IMG/VR virus record: IMGVR_UViG_3300032321_000388
Coordinates: 54,645-118,644 of that record
Direction: 5' to 3' (one strand)
Origin: a virus
Lineage: Duplodnaviria; Caudoviricetes
DNA: 64,000 bases
Position 1 is the first letter of the stretch; every line of letters starts with the position of its first letter. This document shows positions 49,591-58,744 of the stretch, piece by piece. The notes under the pieces are model-generated. The model was not told where the DNA came from and did no database searches. It saw only the letters and a program-made list of their open reading frames with translations. A program made the position numbers and the translations under genes.

Positions 49591-52134
49591 ATGGCAAAGA
49601 CGCTGCAATTTAGAAGAGACTCAACTGCAAACCTAGCATCAGTTACAGGTGCTGTAGGTGAGATTTTTATCGACACAACTAAGAAGACCGTCGTTGTCAT
49701 GGACGGCTCGACACCTGGTGGTTTTCCACTAGAAAAACAAGGTGCTGGCACTGGAGCAACTGGTGCGGCTGGAGCAAACGGAGCAACAGGTTCTGCTGGT
49801 ACTAATGGAGCTACTGGTTCTGCTGGATCAAATGGTACTAATGGAGCTACTGGTTCTGCCGGAACAAATGGTACTGACGGTGCTACTGGTTCTGCAGGTA
49901 TTAACGGTGCTTCAGGTGCTACTGGATCAAATGGTACAAATGGTGCGACAGGTTCTGCCGGTGCAACTGGTTCAGCAGGTACAAACGGTGCTACAGGAGT
50001 TACTGGTGCTTCAGGTGTTTCAGGCTCAAATGGTACTAATGGTGCTACCGGTACTGCAGGTTCTACTGGGGCTCAAGGTATCCAAGGAGCTTCTGGTTCA
50101 ACAGGTTTAACAGGTGCTACTGGTACTCAAGGTATTACAGGTGCTACTGGTTATACAGGTTCTACTGGCGTTAAAGGCGAACAAGGTAACTTTGGTGGTG
50201 CAGCATTTGATTACTTGTATGATAGTACAAGTACTGCTGACTCAGATCCAGGTACTGGTTACTTTAAATTTAATTCTGCAACTTTAAGTTCTGTTGCTTA
50301 TCTATACATCAATGAAACAGATTATTTAGCTAATGTAGCAACATCATTCTTAGAAACAATTGATGATTCTACATCAAGTATCAAAGGTCACTTCTCAATG
50401 GCGAAGAAGACTGATGATACAAAATACACATTATTTGCTATCACTGGTGCTCATACTAAAACTGGAAGTTATTATAAAGTTCCAGTAAGTTATCTATCAG
50501 GTGATACAACGCATACTGATGAAGAAGAAAATATCCTTACATTCCAACGTACTGGTGATAAAGGCGATACAGGTTTAACTGGCGCTACAGGTATCCAAGG
50601 TGCTTCAGGTTCTACAGGTTTAACAGGTGCTACTGGTACACAAGGTATTACAGGTTCTTCTGGTATCCAAGGTGCTTCTGGTTCTACAGGATTAACAGGT
50701 GCTACTGGTACACAAGGTATTACAGGTGCTAGCGGTGTTCAAGGCGCTTCAGGTATTGCAGGCACAAATGGTACAAATGGAGCAACAGGTGCTACAGGTA
50801 TTCAAGGTGCTTCAGGTGTAGGTTCTACTGGTCCTCAAGGTATTACAGGCGCTAGTGGTGCTACAGGTACTCAAGGTGCTTCAGGCGTAGGTGCTACTGG
50901 TGTTGCAGGTACAAATGGTGCAACTGGTTCTACTGGACCTCAAGGCGCTTCAGGCGTAGGTGCTACGGGTTTACAAGGTGCTTCAGGTGTAACTGGTGCT
51001 TCTGGTACAGGTAGTTCTCTTGGTGCTACATCATTTATTTCAATAGCTGGTGAAAGTATTGGCGGTGGTGCAACAGGTGCTACAGGTACTGGTGTAGCTG
51101 CTCGTGCTTATATGTCTCCATCATTTAATGCATATACTGGATCTATAATTGAACCGTTTACTCTTGGTGCTTCTGGTTCTATGACAGCTACAGTTTATAT
51201 TAAATCTGGTTCAGGTGCTACAGGATTCGTAGGATCTACTGGTTCATTAGCAGCTCAAGACGGTTTCTTTAATTCTCTTAGAGTTTCTGGTAATACAGTT
51301 GCTACAGCTCTTACTTCTGCATCATCAGTTCAAGTTGCTACACTTCAAGCTGGTTCTGGCGCTACAGGTGCTACAGGTACAATAGTTGCTGGTAGAGCTC
51401 ATCTAGCTCCAACAATATTAGCATACACAGGTTCTCCAATTGAACCATTTACTCTTGGTGCTACTGGTTCTATTAATGCTAATACATACTTCTTTGGTGG
51501 TATGATAAGTGTTGGTGCTACTGGTTGGGTTGATGGTGCTTCTGGTACTGTCAGAGCTACTGGTTCAATTTCTACAACAAGTTCTAGCTCAACAGCATTT
51601 TCAGCATCATCTGGCGGAGTATCTGCAAATACTTTAAGTGCTTCAACAGTTGCTACCGCTTCTACATTAATTGTTGGTTCTGGCGCTACAGGTGCTACAG
51701 GTACAATATCTGCTGGTCGTGGTATATTGGCTCCAGCAATCTTGGCTTATACGGGTTCTCCAATCGAACCATTTGCACTAGGTGCTTCTGGTACTATCAG
51801 AGCTCAAGGTGATATTACAGCTTACTACACTTCAGACAGAACATTAAAAGAGAATATCAATGATATTCCTAATGCTCTAGATAAAGTTGTTGCAATCGGT
51901 GGTAAAACATTTGATTGGACTGATGAACATATTGCTAATGCAGGTGGAGCAGATGGTTACTTTGTAAATAAAGCCGACTTTGGTGTTATTGCTCAGGACG
52001 TACAAGAAGTATTCCCAGTAGCAGTTCGTTTAAGAGACAATGGTAAACTTGCAGTTGACTATGACAAATTAGTAGCTTTAGCATTTGCTGCTATTAAAGA
52101 GTTAAAAGCTCAACTAGATTTTCTTAAGAAATAA
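49591..52134 (+). CDS. Collagen-like tail fibre with S74 chaperone
   Basis: LQFRR...TGAVGEIFIDTTKKTVVVMDGSTPGGFPL, G-X-Y tracts, and TSDRTLKENI...GVIAQDVQ. Confidence 0.85.
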   Translation: MAKTLQFRRDSTANLASVTGAVGEIFIDTTKKTVVVMDGSTPGGFPLEKQGAGTGATGAAGANGATGSAGTNGATGSAGSNGTNGATGSAGTNGTDGATGSAGINGASGATGSNGTNGATGSAGATGSAGTNGATGVTGASGVSGSNGTNGATGTAGSTGAQGIQGASGSTGLTGATGTQGITGATGYTGSTGVKGEQGNFGGAAFDYLYDSTSTADSDPGTGYFKFNSATLSSVAYLYINETDYLANVATSFLETIDDSTSSIKGHFSMAKKTDDTKYTLFAITGAHTKTGSYYKVPVSYLSGDTTHTDEEENILTFQRTGDKGDTGLTGATGIQGASGSTGLTGATGTQGITGSSGIQGASGSTGLTGATGTQGITGASGVQGASGIAGTNGTNGATGATGIQGASGVGSTGPQGITGASGATGTQGASGVGATGVAGTNGATGSTGPQGASGVGATGLQGASGVTGASGTGSSLGATSFISIAGESIGGGATGATGTGVAARAYMSPSFNAYTGSIIEPFTLGASGSMTATVYIKSGSGATGFVGSTGSLAAQDGFFNSLRVSGNTVATALTSASSVQVATLQAGSGATGATGTIVAGRAHLAPTILAYTGSPIEPFTLGATGSINANTYFFGGMISVGATGWVDGASGTVRATGSISTTSSSSTAFSASSGGVSANTLSASTVATASTLIVGSGATGATGTISAGRGILAPAILAYTGSPIEPFALGASGTIRAQGDITAYYTSDRTLKENINDIPNALDKVVAIGGKTFDWTDEHIANAGGADGYFVNKADFGVIAQDVQEVFPVAVRLRDNGKLAVDYDKLVALAFAAIKELKAQLDFLKK

Positions 52135-52153
52135 CAATCATTAAAGTAATATA

Positions 52154-52185
52154 AAAAGGTATCTTACTTACTACAGATACCTTTT
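52154..52185 (+). terminator. Probable intrinsic terminator
   Basis: AAAAGGTATCT, 10-nt loop, AGATACCTTTT, located after the fibre gene. Confidence 0.65.
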
Positions 52186-52243
52186 ATATCATTAGCTATT
52201 AGAACTAGAGAAAAGAGATAAATAATTTAAAGGTGATTATATT

Positions 52244-52897
52244 ATGAAAAAAGAGCATGATAAGTTAGAGGATTATTATTTTTTTCAAACTGCTGTGTAT
52301 AAGATTCAAAAACTAGATTTTCTTGACAAAATAAGAAGTGTATCTATAGAATCTGTAACAGAAGTTAATAAAGATTTAGAATTAAATGACCTATATCCAA
52401 TTAGGATGTCTGCGGACTTAGCGCAAGACCCAAGATTGGAAGACTTTTCTAAATATGTTTTAGGAACGGCTTGGAATATACTTGATAGTCAGGGTTATGA
52501 AATGGATTATTTTGATGTTGGATTCTCATCTATGTGGTTTCAAGAACATCATAAGTATTCTGGGATGGATACACATGTTCATGGAGAAGGAACGCAGTTA
52601 AACGCTTTTTACTTTGTTGATGTTCCAGAAAATGGATCAAAGATGATACTACACGATCCAAGATCAGGAAAGGCTTTGATAGATCTACCTCAAAAAGATA
52701 TAAAAGAGATAAATCAAGCAAGCAAGATGGTGGTAATATCTCCTGAACCTGGTGATTTATTTTTTACAAATGCATATGTTCCACATTCATTTAGTAAAAA
52801 TGGTTCAGATAAATCATTCAACTTTATTCATATGAATATATTTGCTTCTCCACATAGAGAACAATCATGTTCGGTTGATGGGCCGGAAATTATATAA
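52244..52897 (+). CDS. Putative 2OG-Fe(II) oxygenase (TIGR02466-like)
   Basis: WFQEH......HVH, FYFV..P, HDPR, PEPGDL.F.NAY.PH...N. Confidence 0.78.
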   Translation: MKKEHDKLEDYYFFQTAVYKIQKLDFLDKIRSVSIESVTEVNKDLELNDLYPIRMSADLAQDPRLEDFSKYVLGTAWNILDSQGYEMDYFDVGFSSMWFQEHHKYSGMDTHVHGEGTQLNAFYFVDVPENGSKMILHDPRSGKALIDLPQKDIKEINQASKMVVISPEPGDLFFTNAYVPHSFSKNGSDKSFNFIHMNIFASPHREQSCSVDGPEII

Positions 52898-53118
52898 TGG
52901 CTCACTTCTTGATTAGATTTAATAAAACCAGAGGAACTCCTGGTAGAGGTACAGCAGATCACGCATGGAGAGTGTTTGAAGATAATAAAGAATATTTATT
53001 TAAGCATGTTAAAATTAATGTTTCATCCAAATCAGAAAGAACTGGTGAAGATTGGAATATAGCTTGTGATGGTACTTTAACAATAGATAGAGAAAATTCT
53101 ATAGCTATCATTAATTAG
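52897..53118 (+). CDS. Hypothetical protein
   Basis: 73 aa (IRFNKTRG.PGRGT.DH.WRVFE), coupled to the oxygenase. Confidence 0.7.
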   Translation: MAHFLIRFNKTRGTPGRGTADHAWRVFEDNKEYLFKHVKINVSSKSERTGEDWNIACDGTLTIDRENSIAIIN

Positions 53119-53128
53119 AAAGTATAAA

Positions 53129-54262
53129 ATGGCAATAAACGCCTCAGGTATAATAAGCATAGGTGGATCAGCAGGAGCTGGAGCCTCTGTTGCGCTTGAA
53201 CTTGGGTTATCAGGAACAGCTCAATTAGGTTTAAATTGTGCTGCACCTAGAGCGTTGGCGGGTATTCCTTCTGGAGTAATTTCTTTAAGTAATTTCTATG
53301 GAAAGTCTAATAGTACTGGTCCTACAACTGGTATATATTATGGAGGTCAAAACACATGCCAATTGGCAATTAATAGAGTAACTAGAATCAATTCTTGTGG
53401 AGCATTAATTGGATCAACAACTACTGCTGGAACTGCAAGATTTCAAAATGCTGGAGCTGAATTACCATGTAGTAGAACAGTATTCTATGGAGGCTCGTAT
53501 AGGACAGGTGGATATATTCATTATCCTACATTGAATACTGTAACTAGAATTAATAAATGCGGAGCTATTGTTGGCTCTGAAGGTACTGCAGGTCGAAGTT
53601 GTGGTACTGCAACTCATGGTGGAGTTAAAGCTGGTAGTAATGGATTATTTTATGGTGGATTTGCTGAAACTTTACCTGGTTGCTATTACTTTGGTTGTGC
53701 GACAAATTCTGTAGTAAGAATTAATAAGTGTGGAGCACAAGTTGGATCAACAACTACTGCTGGAACTAAAAGATATTATGTTCAAGGTGTTGGTATTTGT
53801 TGTAATGCAAACTTTTTTGCGTCTGGTCGATATAGTTGCGTAAATACTCCTTGTTGTTCAGCAGTTATTAATAAACTGACTAAAATTAATAATTGTGGAG
53901 CTCTTGTTTCTGAAACATGCGTGCCATCTGGAATGCGTGTTAGAAATTATGGTGGGGTTGCAGCAAAAGCAGGAAGTGTTGGTGTATTTGCATATGGTCA
54001 AGCGGATTGTGATGCTTGTACTTACAAAAAAGTTGATAGGTTAAATAAATGCGGGGCAGTAGTTGGAAGTGTAACCACTGTTGGAACTGGCACTATGGCA
54101 GGTGCTGCAGCGCAAATAGGATCAAATGCAGTAGTTTATGGCGGATATTCAGGTGGATATACTAATAAAGCAACTAGAATAAATGCTTGTGGTGCGCAAG
54201 TTGGAATATGTACTACAGTTTCAACAGCTCAATATGGTCACGGTGCAGCTAGTACTTCATAA
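53129..54262 (+). CDS. Cys-rich six-repeat (beta-propeller-like) fibre-tip protein
   Basis: N-terminal SG.ISI...ELG...ISLSNFYGKS docking motif and six (R/K)(I/L)NxCGA repeats. Confidence 0.65.
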   Translation: MAINASGIISIGGSAGAGASVALELGLSGTAQLGLNCAAPRALAGIPSGVISLSNFYGKSNSTGPTTGIYYGGQNTCQLAINRVTRINSCGALIGSTTTAGTARFQNAGAELPCSRTVFYGGSYRTGGYIHYPTLNTVTRINKCGAIVGSEGTAGRSCGTATHGGVKAGSNGLFYGGFAETLPGCYYFGCATNSVVRINKCGAQVGSTTTAGTKRYYVQGVGICCNANFFASGRYSCVNTPCCSAVINKLTKINNCGALVSETCVPSGMRVRNYGGVAAKAGSVGVFAYGQADCDACTYKKVDRLNKCGAVVGSVTTVGTGTMAGAAAQIGSNAVVYGGYSGGYTNKATRINACGAQVGICTTVSTAQYGHGAASTS

Positions 54263-54275
54263 TTAAAGGAAAAAA

Positions 54276-54839
54276 ATGTCAAGAGTGAATCATAATGCGC
54301 AGTATATCTACGATGTAGAAGGTGAGACTATTTGGGAAAAATTAAGAGTTATAAGAAATCAATTAGAACAAAGACAATTAGCTTTAGATCTATCACTTCT
54401 TAATAAAGAAAAAGCAGAAGCTAAGTTTAAAGACGATAAAGAATCATATGAGTATCGTGAATTTATAATACATTCTAAACAAAGAGAACAATTAATTCAA
54501 GATTGTATTAATGAAATAGAATTCTTAAAAGAGTTTGAATCTTATCTAGCATTAGAAGCAGAAAAGACAAGAATTCCTGGTAAGACTGATGATGAGATGT
54601 ATGAGCTTAATTTCTTTGAAGAATTAAAAGTTAGACTAGTAAGAAGAGCTCAGACACAAATTATTTCTTCTGGAAGAGTAGACCAAGAAACATTATCTAG
54701 AATATTAAAGATGCCTGATGCTTTACAATTGTGTATAACATCAGGATTATTAACTAATGATGTATTAAATTTTACTAATATTCCTCAATTACCTAATAAT
54801 GATATTACGATAAATTATTTGGAGAAGAAAGATGATTAA
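54276..54839 (+). CDS. Hypothetical helical protein
   Basis: 187 aa, AAGGA RBS. Confidence 0.7.
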   Translation: MSRVNHNAQYIYDVEGETIWEKLRVIRNQLEQRQLALDLSLLNKEKAEAKFKDDKESYEYREFIIHSKQREQLIQDCINEIEFLKEFESYLALEAEKTRIPGKTDDEMYELNFFEELKVRLVRRAQTQIISSGRVDQETLSRILKMPDALQLCITSGLLTNDVLNFTNIPQLPNNDITINYLEKKDD

Positions 54840-55110
54840 TTGGCTATATATTCTTAACGGAATAGTGGTAGAAATAGTTCAAATGGAACCAGGAATTACT
54901 CCAAATACTGTACAATTTGGTGGAACTTTTGATACTTTAACTGCAGATCATTCACAAACTTTTAAAATAGGTGATGCTTTTACAGATGAGCTTCAATTAC
55001 AATATAACCATGAAATATGGACTTCTATGGCATGGCTCACGGCACCAGTAACTGGAGCAAGCGGTGCTGCAGAATATTGTAATTTAATGCCACACTTGTA
55101 TATAATATAA
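54832..55110 (+). CDS. Hypothetical protein (possible fibre assembly helper)
   Basis: 92 aa with an NGIVVEIV motif, overlapping the upstream stop. Confidence 0.55.
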   Translation: MINWLYILNGIVVEIVQMEPGITPNTVQFGGTFDTLTADHSQTFKIGDAFTDELQLQYNHEIWTSMAWLTAPVTGASGAAEYCNLMPHLYII

Positions 55111-55137
55111 GTCTGGTTATAGGGATAAAAACGCATA

Positions 55138-55359
55138 ATGAATACATACAATTTAATTTCTCATAACGATGAGACAAAAACATTTGTAATTGAATCTAAA
55201 GGTCATTCAATTACTCTTAATTATCCGGAAGATATTACATTATTTTCTGAATTTACACAAGAAAATTTAGATCTACATGTATCAGGATTTATTTCAAATC
55301 TTACTGATTATGTAGAACCTCCTGTACTAAACCACATAGAAAGTGTAAGACTTGTATGA
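55138..55359 (+). CDS. Hypothetical protein
   Basis: 73 aa, coupled to the next gene (ATGA). Confidence 0.6.
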   Translation: MNTYNLISHNDETKTFVIESKGHSITLNYPEDITLFSEFTQENLDLHVSGFISNLTDYVEPPVLNHIESVRLV

Positions 55360-56480
55360 AAATTTATTTAGAAGATAGAGCTCCATCTACTTTACAAAAT
55401 TCACTTACTAGAATAGGTGTTGAGTATACTGCTGATATAAATGAAGCAGTGACTAATGCTGTTCATATAACAGATAACTTCCCTTTAGATCTAACAGGCA
55501 AAGCTGATTCAGATCTTGAGTGTCAATCATATGGTAATAAAGAATTATACGTTAGAAAGAAAAACAATTTACCAACATGTGATATACGTTTTAGAAATTT
55601 TCTTTCTGATAAACTAAGAGAATTAAATCTTCCTAATGCTGATACAATCTATCCAACTAGCGCTGAACAGGTTCAGACATTTTTTAATACACATTCATCA
55701 GTAATTATAAAACCTTTATTAGAACAAAAAGGTACACCAGGCGGTATTAGTTATGGATTTAATGTTTATACATCATATAATGATTTTATAGCGGATATCG
55801 ATATTACTCAATTTATTAGTTCACAAAATAATCATCAAGTTACTGCAAATAAAAAATGTATTCTTCAAAGTACTGTAGAAAATAGAGATAATACTTGGTC
55901 AGTATTTGGTGTAGTTAATGGAAACCAACAGTATTATTTTGATAATATTTCATTCTACAATAATAGTGAATCATCTACTACATACTTTAATTCTGACAAT
56001 GCATTAAATATTTCTGCCATGACTAATGGAGCAAAGGATCCTAGTAAAGAAAACTTGGATCAATATGGTATTTCAGAATCTATAAAAACTTTACTTAATG
56101 CATCTAATGTAAAAAATACAGTATTTTATGTAAGTGGATTAATGAAAGACGGTCAGATCTATATTCAATATATTACTACTAAAGTAATTCCATGGTTCGT
56201 CTCAACAGGATTAGAATCTACTCTTGACAGTTATTTAAAATTTGCTTTTGACATGGAATCTTCAGTAACTCCACTTAATAAATGGAGACTTTATCTACAT
56301 GCTAAATTGAAACCAGGATTAGTATATAATTCTGAAATAGTAAATGCAGCAAAAGCACTTAAACTTTATCCTGCATATGTATATTCGGATAAAGATACAG
56401 GAACATTTCATGCTATGGCAGATTCATTAGAAGAGTTACTATCAAATATTAGCTCATTCAATAGCATATATCAAATATAA
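55356..56480 (+). CDS. Divergent ATP-grasp-fold-like protein
   Basis: LRELNLP..DT, F......VIIKP, ILQ, SVFGVVNG. The canonical E-x-N motif is not evident. Confidence 0.5.
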   Translation: MKIYLEDRAPSTLQNSLTRIGVEYTADINEAVTNAVHITDNFPLDLTGKADSDLECQSYGNKELYVRKKNNLPTCDIRFRNFLSDKLRELNLPNADTIYPTSAEQVQTFFNTHSSVIIKPLLEQKGTPGGISYGFNVYTSYNDFIADIDITQFISSQNNHQVTANKKCILQSTVENRDNTWSVFGVVNGNQQYYFDNISFYNNSESSTTYFNSDNALNISAMTNGAKDPSKENLDQYGISESIKTLLNASNVKNTVFYVSGLMKDGQIYIQYITTKVIPWFVSTGLESTLDSYLKFAFDMESSVTPLNKWRLYLHAKLKPGLVYNSEIVNAAKALKLYPAYVYSDKDTGTFHAMADSLEELLSNISSFNSIYQI

Positions 56481-56493
56481 CTAGGGATAAAAA

Positions 56494-57066
56494 ATGGCAA
56501 TCGGAACCACAGGACCAATATTATTTGCAGGTACTATTGGTGTAGAACTAGGTAGATCATCTACAGCTCAGATATCTATGAGTGAGTCGGCAGTTTACAC
56601 TCTAGCAGGAACTTCAGCTGGAGCTCAGATATCGTTCTCAACATTCTACGGCAAATCTAATGCTGTAACTTATAACCTCACTATTTCATCTAATACTACT
56701 AATTACAATATGGCTACAGCAGCTACAAGTGCTGGATGGAATGGCACAGCAGCATGTACTGTAAATTGTACAATTAATTCTGGTGTAGAAGTTACATCAA
56801 CATCAACTGGTTCATATGCATTTGATACTGGTAGTGCTTTTGTTGGCAAAACTGTTACACTAAGTCTAATAAATAATGGTTATATAGTTGGTAAAGGTGG
56901 AGATGGCGGCCGAGGTGGAAATTCAGTTTTTGGGAATGCCACACAAGGTCTAACTGTTAGTGGTAATGGTGGTCCAGCATTTATTGCTCGCCAAGCTATA
57001 TCAATTACAAATAATGGCACAATAGGTGGTGGAGGTGGTGGAGGTGCTGCGAGAGCTGCACATTAA
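56494..57066 (+). CDS. gp38-like glycine-rich adhesin, N-terminal part
   Basis: ELG...ISFSTFYGKSN, INNGYIVGKGG, TNNGTIGGGGGGG. Paralog of ORF 17921. Confidence 0.7.
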   Translation: MAIGTTGPILFAGTIGVELGRSSTAQISMSESAVYTLAGTSAGAQISFSTFYGKSNAVTYNLTISSNTTNYNMATAATSAGWNGTAACTVNCTINSGVEVTSTSTGSYAFDTGSAFVGKTVTLSLINNGYIVGKGGDGGRGGNSVFGNATQGLTVSGNGGPAFIARQAISITNNGTIGGGGGGGAARAAH

Positions 57067-57090
57067 TAAAATTTTAATAGGAGAATATAA

Positions 57091-57459
57091 ATGAGTGCAT
57101 GCGAATGTTGTATTTCGCCCGGTGAGGGTGGTAGCGGTGGAGCTGGGTATGGAGCTGGCGGAGATCCAGGTTCAGCTGGCGACTTTGACTGCGGTGTTGG
57201 ATATCAGGGTGTATCGGCAAATCCTGGAACACTAACGGCTGGTGGAGCTGCTATAAACAAATATGGTGTCGCCTCAGGTGCTCCTTTTAATGGTGCTGGT
57301 GGAGCTCTTGGATCTGCCGGTGATGTCGTTCGGTACCAAGGTAATCCTTATAATGTGGGAAATGAAGGTACTCCTGGGTCTGGTGGAGCGGCTATAGCAG
57401 GTAATTCATATATTACATGGGTTGCAACTGGAACAAGATCAGGGGCAATTAACTCATAA
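57091..57459 (+). CDS. gp38-like glycine-rich adhesin, C-terminal part
   Basis: Same frame as ORF 56494, with its own AGGAG RBS. Ends GG.AI.GNSYITWVATGTRSGAIN, matching the end of ORF 17921. Confidence 0.7.
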   Translation: MSACECCISPGEGGSGGAGYGAGGDPGSAGDFDCGVGYQGVSANPGTLTAGGAAINKYGVASGAPFNGAGGALGSAGDVVRYQGNPYNVGNEGTPGSGGAAIAGNSYITWVATGTRSGAINS

Positions 57460-57479
57460 TAAACACTTGAGATTAAATT

Positions 57480-58682
57480 ATGAAAATTTATTTGAATGTA
57501 ATTAATAATAGTAAAATAGTTTCATCATTAGATCGTTTGGGAATTTCATATACAGCCGATGTTAATGAGCCAGGAATTACATCAACCATTCATATGAATG
57601 AATCAATTGATGTAATGCAATTATCTAATAAAACAAATTTAGATCCAGATTTATTATCAAAGTCTCTTGGTCACGCATCATCTTACATAAGACTAAAAAA
57701 TAATCTATCAACTCATGATATTAAGTTCAAGCATATACTTAATGATAAGTTGGCAGAATTAAATCTTCCTCATATAGATTCAGTATATCCAACAAGTATT
57801 CAACAAGTTAAAGACTTCTTTAATTTACATTCAGAAGTGTTTATTAAACCAATATCAGGACAAGGTGGTATTGTTAATAAAAAGTTAGCTTCTAATGGTG
57901 GTCATAATCTTCCTAATAATTTTGCGGAATATGCATATAAGATATTTAACTCATACGAACATTTTACATCTAGTGTAAATATGGAAGATTTTATCAGAGA
58001 TCAAAATAATTTAAATCTAATTGGATTTAAAAGATTCATACTTCAAAAAGCTATAAAACATCCAGATTATACATTCACGGTTATTGGTGCGGTTAACGGT
58101 AAACAAGAATATTACTTTGATCCATTTGTCATGTATAAACCAAATGGATCTGATTTAGGATATGGGTCAGGTAATTTTAATGGTCTTTATAATGAAGATA
58201 ATACTCCAAATGAAGAAGCTATAAGACATGCTGCAAAGGATCCGAGCAAAGCCAATGTCGATCAATATAACATATTAGAAACTATTAAAACACTATTTAA
58301 TGCTACTGAAGTAAAGAATACTATGTTCTATATTCAAGGAATTGTTATAGACAGTGTTTCATATCTTCAGGATATAGGAATACATGTTCCGGCTTCGTAT
58401 CAGAATTCTCATAGTGATGATATTCTTGACAGTTATTTAAAATTTACTTATGATATCGATCCAATAGTCATGAATCCATTAAAAAAATGGGGCATATATC
58501 TTTATATTAAATTAAGAGATGGTCTACAGTATAATGAAGAGATTTTAGATTTTGCCAGATCTATTGGTATTAAACCTGTGACCGTTAGAGATAATACACA
58601 AACTGGAATATTTCATGCTTATGCTGATACTCTAGATGATCTGGTAAATAATATAAATACCTTTAATAAGAAGTACCAATAA
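57480..58682 (+). CDS. Divergent ATP-grasp-fold-like protein (paralog of ORF 55356)
   Basis: K..L...LAELNLP, VFIKPISGQGG, FILQKAI, YLQDIG. Confidence 0.55.
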   Translation: MKIYLNVINNSKIVSSLDRLGISYTADVNEPGITSTIHMNESIDVMQLSNKTNLDPDLLSKSLGHASSYIRLKNNLSTHDIKFKHILNDKLAELNLPHIDSVYPTSIQQVKDFFNLHSEVFIKPISGQGGIVNKKLASNGGHNLPNNFAEYAYKIFNSYEHFTSSVNMEDFIRDQNNLNLIGFKRFILQKAIKHPDYTFTVIGAVNGKQEYYFDPFVMYKPNGSDLGYGSGNFNGLYNEDNTPNEEAIRHAAKDPSKANVDQYNILETIKTLFNATEVKNTMFYIQGIVIDSVSYLQDIGIHVPASYQNSHSDDILDSYLKFTYDIDPIVMNPLKKWGIYLYIKLRDGLQYNEEILDFARSIGIKPVTVRDNTQTGIFHAYADTLDDLVNNINTFNKKYQ

Positions 58683-58698
58683 TTTGAATGCATTATTA

Positions 58699-58706
58699 TA
58701 TAAATA
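58699..58706 (+). promoter_or_regulatory. Late promoter
   Basis: TATAAATA. Confidence 0.7.
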
Positions 58707-58744
58707 GAATATAACACATCAATTAACCTTGGGGACAGTGAACC

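Larger units (their letters stand above)
55120..56493 (+). repeat. 12-bp direct repeat TAGGGATAAAAA (55120-55131 and 56482-56493) flanking a two-gene cassette
   Basis: Identical RBS-containing sequence at both ends. Confidence 0.6.

Noticed and set aside
43229-50110. Alternate-frame and antisense ORFs (VLLVQQV- and PVAP-rich) in the track
   Set aside because: These are shadow frames of Gly-X-Y coding sequence, with no RBS or independent evidence.
41460-51010. Highly repetitive DNA that could be taken for a CRISPR array or satellite
   Set aside because: The repeats are in-frame 9-bp-period collagen codons with synonymous variation. There is no repeat-spacer structure.
57060-57095. Intron or gene-60-style translational bypass at the adhesin junction
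   Set aside because: The gap is only 24 nt, with no evident matched take-off/landing codons or hairpin, and it contains a good RBS and ATG. Reinitiation is the simpler explanation.
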